Origin: a virus | Virus record (IMG/VR): IMGVR_UViG_3300035698_005399 | Location: 1 to 64,000 of that record | DNA: 64,000 nt | Direction: 5' to 3' (one strand) | Shown: positions 58,153 through 64,000 of the stretch, piece by piece | Position numbering within the stretch: the stretch's first letter is position 1 | Layout of the letters: each line of letters begins with the position of its first letter | Notes under the pieces: generated by a model | What the model saw: the letters and a program-made list of their open reading frames with translations, nothing else | What the model was told of the DNA's origin: nothing | The model's database searches: none | Made by a program: the position numbers and the translations under genes

Positions 58153-60677
58153 TAACATTTGCTTTCTCCACAAGCCTTACATATTTGACAACCTTCTTCA
58201 AACACTACTTGATCACTACCACAGTTATCACAAACTACAGTAGACTTACTTCCATCAGGAATATATTTCTTTAGACATCGTGCAATTGCTTTACTGAATG
58301 AAGTAATTCCACCTTTTGTTTTGTTTAATTGTTCGACAACAAATTTAATATCTGCACCATGTCTAAGAGCAGTTGATACCAATCTTGCAATAGCTTCTTG
58401 TTCGTCTGACATTGCGCTTGCAAAATCAAATGAATGTACACTACCAGATTGATATGTGTATCTACCTCTAGTTTCCTTTAAAAGTTCACCTTTGCCTGCT
58501 TTAAAATGTTCACCATGCATTACGAATACTTCGTATGGTTTACCATCAAATAAGCCAACCACAACATTATATGTATCTCCTTTAACACTTGTTATATGAG
58601 ATTCTGCAACTAATGCTTTAGGTCGTTTGGGCGCATCATTATAATCAAACGCAATCTGTTTAGATTCATCACTGATTAATACACCATCTCTACAACCATC
58701 CCTATATATTGTTACACCTTTAAGGTTTTTCTTCCATGCTTCAATATAAATTTTAGCAACTTCATCTTTTGTTACATCTTTGGGAAGATTGATAGTAGAA
58801 CTAATACTATGTGATGTATATTTTTGAATTACAGCTTGCATGTCTAACCTAGCCATCCAATTAATATCATTTGCTGTAGAACCAAACCAAGGAGATTTTT
58901 CAAATAATTTTTGAACATTTTCTTTGCTTAGAGCAGCTACATTAATTCCTGGGTCTTTTTCAATCCAAAATTTAAATTGTGGATGTAATATTGGAAATTC
59001 TTGCCATTGATCACCATTCTTATCAGTAAAATCTACTCTTGTATTTTTATCTATAGGATTGATTTTCTTACGTCTTAAATAATAAGGCAAAAATAATGGT
59101 TCGATTCCACTACTGGTCTGTGTTAAAATACTCATAGAACCGGCTGGTGCTACAGTAGACCAACTTACATTCCGTCTACCATATTTGATCATCCTTTCAA
59201 CTTGTTCTGGAAATTCTTCCACAAGCATTTGATAGAAATCATTACGACCTTTAGTAAATCCGCCTCTATCTGTAAAGAATTCTAAATTAGAATCATATCC
59301 TTCAAAACTACCTTTAAGAATAGCAAGATCAGTCATACAATCTAATTCAGCTTTCATCTTAAGCTTCATTATACTTTCTACTTTGGCCAATGCTTCTTTA
59401 CTATCGTATTGAAGTCCCATTAAAGCAAGCATATCAGCTAGTGCGGTAAGACCACTACCAGTTCTACGCGAAGCTTTAGCAGTAGTATAAATATTCTCCC
59501 ATAGTTCTAATTCTGTAAGTTTAGAATCTTCAGGATCAGTTTTAATCTTTTCAATAATTCTAAGAACATAATCCAATTCCAAGTCTACAATTAAGTCAGA
59601 CATGTATTGTAATTCATAGAATAAGCGATAGATCATAGCATCATCATGTCCAACAAGTGAAAGTAAATTCCGTAGAATGAGTCTGCACGCATCATAAATC
59701 TGCATAAATATTTCCCCGCATGGATTTGTAGTAACTCCACGAAATTGGGGATAAACTCCATCAGGAGAATAATTCCAGTGTTTATCAATAAATATTTGGC
59801 CCGGTTCAGCATTGTCCCAAGCATTTTCAACGATTTGTTCATATAATTCTTTTGCTTTAATTTTTTTGTAATATCCTAATGCTCCTTCTGTTAATGTATT
59901 GTATTCAATAGAATCCAATTTAACACCAGAATCAAGATTTGGTGCTATATCACAAGGAAATCTTAAGATATAATCCTTATCTGCTAATACTGCCTCCATG
60001 AAATCATCACGAAGCATTACAGAAATGTTTGCGCCAGTAACTTTAGTTCGATCCTTCTTAATGTTTACAAATTCAAAGACATCTGGATGCCTACAATCCA
60101 TTGTAATCATTAATGCTCCCCTGCGTCCATTCTGAGCTACCTCTCGCGTGGTATTAGAAAATCTATGTGTGAAACTAACAGCTCCAGTAGAAGTCCTCGC
60201 AGCATTGGTCGTAGGAGTTTGTGATGGCCTTAGTGTAGATATATCAATGCCTACTCCACCACGCCTTTTCATAAGTTGAGCTAATTGCTCATCCTTTTTC
60301 ATAATACCTCCATAACTATCTTCTGGTTGACCTACCACAAAACAATTACTCAAAGAACCAATCATATCAGTTCCTAATATTGCCATAATGCTTCCTTGTG
60401 GAACAATATGGTCAAAGTTTGTTAGATTGCTAAAGAAATAATCTTGGCCGTAATGATTAATTCTTGGGTATAACATTTTACCAAAACCTGATAAATCATT
60501 AAAGTTTTTTTTAAACTTTTTTTGGTTAAACGTTTCAGTATGTTTTCTTAAAAACTCATGTGCCATCCTTTCATGGGTAGCATCAGGAGTTAGTTCGTTT
60601 TGATCAGCATACTTCGATATAAATACCGAGGCTGCTAATTCATCTTCTTTAAAATAATGTAATAATTCTTTGTTCAT
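58152..60677 (-). CDS. nrdJ: Class II (adenosylcobalamin-dependent) ribonucleotide reductase
   Basis: SLSNCFV, GGVGIDIS.LRP, QNGRRGALM, TNPCGE, APAGS, SISSTINLP, KGVTIYRDG; C-terminal TSCPD-like and Zn-ribbon regions. Confidence 0.92.
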   Translation of the reverse strand: MNKELLHYFKEDELAASVFISKYADQNELTPDATHERMAHEFLRKHTETFNQKKFKKNFNDLSGFGKMLYPRINHYGQDYFFSNLTNFDHIVPQGSIMAILGTDMIGSLSNCFVVGQPEDSYGGIMKKDEQLAQLMKRRGGVGIDISTLRPSQTPTTNAARTSTGAVSFTHRFSNTTREVAQNGRRGALMITMDCRHPDVFEFVNIKKDRTKVTGANISVMLRDDFMEAVLADKDYILRFPCDIAPNLDSGVKLDSIEYNTLTEGALGYYKKIKAKELYEQIVENAWDNAEPGQIFIDKHWNYSPDGVYPQFRGVTTNPCGEIFMQIYDACRLILRNLLSLVGHDDAMIYRLFYELQYMSDLIVDLELDYVLRIIEKIKTDPEDSKLTELELWENIYTTAKASRRTGSGLTALADMLALMGLQYDSKEALAKVESIMKLKMKAELDCMTDLAILKGSFEGYDSNLEFFTDRGGFTKGRNDFYQMLVEEFPEQVERMIKYGRRNVSWSTVAPAGSMSILTQTSSGIEPLFLPYYLRRKKINPIDKNTRVDFTDKNGDQWQEFPILHPQFKFWIEKDPGINVAALSKENVQKLFEKSPWFGSTANDINWMARLDMQAVIQKYTSHSISSTINLPKDVTKDEVAKIYIEAWKKNLKGVTIYRDGCRDGVLISDESKQIAFDYNDAPKRPKALVAESHITSVKGDTYNVVVGLFDGKPYEVFVMHGEHFKAGKGELLKETRGRYTYQSGSVHSFDFASAMSDEQEAIARLVSTALRHGADIKFVVEQLNKTKGGITSFSKAIARCLKKYIPDGSKSTVVCDNCGSDQVVFEEGCQICKACGESKC

Positions 60678-60727
60678 AAACTATCTAAGCTTTGAGTAAT
60701 ATATAACGCTCAGATTTGTAAAAAGTT

Positions 60728-61036
60728 TCACGTAGGAAGAGTAATTTCAATTTGTTTTTTTAGCACGACTTCTTGATAATAATACGCCATTGCATTGAAC
60801 ATAATGCCTCCAACATGATGTATGTTGTTTTCTGGATCTAGTTCTTCTCCATTACTTAGGGCATGTGCGTGTCGTAATAAGCTATCTATAAGCTTTTCCT
60901 TTGGGAATCCATCTTTCCAGTTGTCACGTTCATATTTTTGACAACCAAACATCATTACTTCAACCAAAGGAGTTAATGCTTCATAGTCTAATAATGACCA
61001 TTCTAATTTTCCTTCATTAAATCTTTGTGCACCCAT
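60728..61036 (-). CDS. dATP/dGTP diphosphohydrolase domain protein (DUF5664-like)
   Basis: RFNEGK..WSLL, FG..KY.RDNWK.G, SLLRH......GE..DPE....H. Confidence 0.85.
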   Translation of the reverse strand: MGAQRFNEGKLEWSLLDYEALTPLVEVMMFGCQKYERDNWKDGFPKEKLIDSLLRHAHALSNGEELDPENNIHHVGGIMFNAMAYYYQEVVLKKQIEITLPT

Positions 61037-61563
61037 AATAATGATTTATTAAATGTTTCTTCTTTCACGTTAATAAGAGAATCATATTCTTCTGCTTCAA
61101 AGTCATCTTTTAAGCCTAGATCTTTTATAATCTCTTCTCTTTTTTCCTCTGTTTTAGCTAAAATATGATATGCTTGTACAGGTCTACTACGAACTTTAAA
61201 ATTATCTTTTAAAAATTTAATAGTATACATCTCACTATACTTACTTTCTATAAAGGCTTCATATGCTTTTATATCAACTACTTTTATAACAATGATAAAA
61301 TGATCATTGCCAACCTCATAGTGGGTATCATAAATATCACATTCTACAATAGTTGGTAAAAGGAGATCCAAAATATTATTGCTATTCGTTTTCACTAAAA
61401 TAAATAACTTTTCTTTTGGGTCTCCTTGGTAATCAACATCGTTAATATAAGCATTAAACAAACAATCTTTTTGAGCAAGTTTATCCATTGCGTGAGATAT
61501 ACAACCATTCTCACTAAAATATACAGAAGGAAACAAGTATTTAAATGTTCTTGTTTTTTGCAT
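61003..61563 (-). CDS. Hypothetical conserved phage protein
   Basis: 186-aa ORF with F..SKYS.M motif. Confidence 0.65.
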   Translation of the reverse strand: MQKTRTFKYLFPSVYFSENGCISHAMDKLAQKDCLFNAYINDVDYQGDPKEKLFILVKTNSNNILDLLLPTIVECDIYDTHYEVGNDHFIIVIKVVDIKAYEAFIESKYSEMYTIKFLKDNFKVRSRPVQAYHILAKTEEKREEIIKDLGLKDDFEAEEYDSLINVKEETFNKSLLWVHKDLMKEN

Positions 61564-61918
61564 TTTGTAACAATTCTACAAAGTCTTTTGCTTTCATAAC
61601 AATTAACTCTTCTTCTTCTTTTTTCCCTTTCCTGTGTGCGATTATTACAGGATACTCCGATTCGGGACTATTTGGAGGTAGCATTGTACTAATTCTTGTT
61701 TCAATTTCATGTATTAGCTTAGGATAATTAATCCCGCTTGCTACATGTTTACATTGAAACAAGTAAGGTATAAATGCTAGGTCAACGCCGCAGTCGTCTA
61801 ATAATCTGCTGGCATGTCTGGTTGTTTTGCAATGTTCGTGTCCTAATTGTCTGAATATTTTTGCCCATTTACGTTCATATCTATGACCTACTTCTCTATT
61901 TCTTTTTCCATTTATCAT
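61541..61918 (-). CDS. Holliday junction resolvase-like PD-(D/E)XK nuclease
   Basis: G..YER......LG......TTR..S..LDD.GVDL...PY.FQCK. Confidence 0.8.
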   Translation of the reverse strand: MINGKRNREVGHRYERKWAKIFRQLGHEHCKTTRHASRLLDDCGVDLAFIPYLFQCKHVASGINYPKLIHEIETRISTMLPPNSPESEYPVIIAHRKGKKEEEELIVMKAKDFVELLQNAKNKNI

Positions 61919-62646
61919 AAATATGGAGTAGTTTTAACTAACTCCTTTATTGTTTTTACTTTATTTACGATTTCGTTCAATCCTAAATTTGCAATTACAT
62001 TTTCATCATTGTGCCAAAAATTATTAAGTTCTGTTAATGGTAAGCATCTAGTACGAATGCCTAAATTTTCAACATTGTTCAACAATTCTCTAAATTTATT
62101 CTTATAGGTACTACTTTTTGTAGTATTATAAAACTCATCATTATACCAATATTCAAATGCTTCTACATCTATAGGCATATAATTATCAATAACAATCCTA
62201 TTTATAATATACTTTCGAAATTCCGGCTTAACCATTAAATTAGAATGAATAATCTTTTTATCTAAAATAGAACTACTATTCAAAATTTGAATTCCTGCAT
62301 TTATCAATAAACTATAATTTATCCCATTAGATGAAAACTCATTACTCAAACTAAATCGCTGTTTTATTGGAACTATACCGTGCATCTCCTTTATTTCAAA
62401 TGTATTTGCATTTACATATTGATGTGTTATATAATTTTCAAGATTTGTTAAATGATCATATAGATCCACATCAATATTATTAGTAAAAGCAAGCAACTTA
62501 ATACCCCGCTCAACACTACCACTTTCATAGAATTCATGATGCAAACCATCGTTAAGAATAATAGTTTTAAACATACTTCCTATTTGATTACTAATAGTGT
62601 TAATATCAATATTTTCTTCAAATATATCATACATATTATTATGCAC
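61915..62646 (-). CDS. Hypothetical protein; reading frame stays open upstream to 62850
   Basis: 243-aa ORF from GTG, with 68 further sense codons upstream. Confidence 0.6.
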   Translation of the reverse strand: MHNNMYDIFEENIDINTISNQIGSMFKTIILNDGLHHEFYESGSVERGIKLLAFTNNIDVDLYDHLTNLENYITHQYVNANTFEIKEMHGIVPIKQRFSLSNEFSSNGINYSLLINAGIQILNSSSILDKKIIHSNLMVKPEFRKYIINRIVIDNYMPIDVEAFEYWYNDEFYNTTKSSTYKNKFRELLNNVENLGIRTRCLPLTELNNFWHNDENVIANLGLNEIVNKVKTIKELVKTTPYL

Positions 62647-62833
62647 TGCTTTTTGAATTTTATTATTATAAGATTCTAATAAATGAGAAAATACATTATA
62701 TGGAAAAGGAATTAATTTATCAAAATTAATACAGTTTAGAATATCTTTTTTGAAAAGATAACCTCGAAAATTTTCAAATTTATTATCGGCTTGTGTTTTT
62801 GTAATATCAATAATGATATCAATTCTAGAATTT

Positions 62834-63583
62834 TTAATTTTTCGTCTCCGTTAATACACACGGTTCGCAACTATTGTTCCCATCTATAATTATATTTTCT
62901 TGTGTTGTAAAAGTAAACATTGGTAATTCATAGCAAGTTTTAACTGGAAAACTAAACATTTCAACTTGAAGATTCTGATTTGCGATAATATTCAAATATA
63001 ACTGTAACATATAAGCGCCAATAATGGCTCCATTATGAGATGTTGCCTTATAAGAACATGGTGCATCTTGTACCTCAGAATCATCAAAGAATTCAGCTTC
63101 ATATTGTTCGATCTTATCTGGTGTAACACAATAAACAATACCTGTTTCTGCACTCATTCTACCATCTATAAACAAACAATTTTCACCACCATTACTTTTA
63201 GTATGTTTTTTCCATGCATCAAACATTAAACGTCTTGCTTTCATGTTATCAAATGCTGAAAATACTACATCTGTTACAGTTGATTCTTCTACAAATTCAC
63301 CAACAGGAGTAATTTTCATTTCATCACACATTTTATCACAAACATCCATGACAGAATCTGATTTTAATGAACCAATATGATCTGTAAAATAAGCTTGTCC
63401 TCCAATATTATGCGTCTCAATGGTATCCATTTCATATAAATAAATGTTATACCCTACTCTACTTAAAAATATGGCAAGCCAGCTACCAATACCCCCGGCA
63501 CCACCCAGAGTGACATGATTGTCACCTGAGTTGTACCAGTTAGCATCGGTAAATCTAGCATGCATTTCGTTTTTTTCACTCAT
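62834..63583 (-). CDS. ThiF/MoeB/E1-like adenylyltransferase
   Basis: GGAGGIGSW, D.IE.HN..GQ, FDNMKARR, IDGRM.AE, APCS.K.TSH. Confidence 0.88.
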   Translation of the reverse strand: MSEKNEMHARFTDANWYNSGDNHVTLGGAGGIGSWLAIFLSRVGYNIYLYEMDTIETHNIGGQAYFTDHIGSLKSDSVMDVCDKMCDEMKITPVGEFVEESTVTDVVFSAFDNMKARRLMFDAWKKHTKSNGGENCLFIDGRMSAETGIVYCVTPDKIEQYEAEFFDDSEVQDAPCSYKATSHNGAIIGAYMLQLYLNIIANQNLQVEMFSFPVKTCYELPMFTFTTQENIIIDGNNSCEPCVLTETKN

Positions 63584-64000
63584 ATTGTCGATGTTGATAG
63601 TTTATATTTTGCGATTAAATCATCAAAAAATAATACTAAATCTTCTAATTTTTCTTTAGTAGCATTATCATAAATATTAATAGTAAGAAGCTGACTTCTA
63701 CAATTTGTAGCAAGAGCCAAATAATCAGCATCTTGATCAGCATCTACTGGGGAAATATTAAAATAATCTTGCGCTTCGTTTTCGAAACTATCTGCTAAAG
63801 CTTGAAAATAAGTATCAGTATTTTTAAGTGTAATTTTTCCAACTTTTAATACAGCATCATAAAGCAATAAAGCATGATATCCTGTTGCTGATAATGTAAT
63901 AAATTTACCTAAAAACTTTTTAACATCATAAGAAATATTTATTTGCGCCGCCAACGCCGGTGATTTTTCTTTTTGTGTTTTCCCTTCTTCTGATGTGATT
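63580..64000 (-). CDS. C-terminal part of a protein running off the window end
   Basis: The frame is open upstream of the track start to the window edge (ITSEEGKTQKEKSPAL...). ATGA overlap with ThiF. Confidence 0.65.
   Translation of the reverse strand, partial: ITSEEGKTQKEKSPALAAQINISYDVKKFLGKFITLSATGYHALLLYDAVLKVGKITLKNTDTYFQALADSFENEAQDYFNISPVDADQDADYLALATNCRSQLLTINIYDNATKEKLEDLVLFFDDLIAKYKLSTSTI

Noticed and set aside
1-64000. Stop-codon reassignment (TAG or TGA), as in some crAss-like phages
   Set aside because: Late genes are intact and densely packed under code 11, TAG and TGA serve as real stops, and the only tRNA has a CCA anticodon.

Overview
This window is a 64-kb slice of a crAss-like (Crassvirales-type) podovirus genome, probably infecting an environmental Bacteroidota host. 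It is AT-rich, uses the standard genetic code and has tightly coupled genes. It has three blocks. (1) 1-2740, minus strand: a tRNA-Trp, a small beta-rich protein and a GC-rich tandem array of LamG/ConA-like lectin genes that share an N-terminal peptide and are separated by a 51-bp direct repeat. (2) 2819-56608, plus strand, the late/virion operon: small regulatory genes, GH108 endolysin, TerL, portal, major capsid protein, ring and auxiliary capsid proteins, tail fibres, a G8/CEMIP-like beta-helix protein, a clan GH-A glycosidase, a membrane protein-PAS-holin trio, a nuclease, tail rings, muzzle, ejected cargo proteins with repeated xxxGG motifs (one carrying a GH19 domain), and a 4933-aa virion RNA polymerase/zincin polyprotein with repeated DDYLPxFD linkers. 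(3) 56623-64000, minus strand: nucleotide metabolism and DNA processing genes (HAD-like protein, class II RNR, dATP/dGTP diphosphohydrolase, resolvase, ThiF). The strongest candidates for new biology are the PAS sensor inside the holin cassette, the lectin cassette array, the two candidate proteolytic processing motifs in the ejected proteins, and the CEMIP-like plus GH-A depolymerase pair. All assignments come from motif recognition and synteny by eye; no database searches were run.
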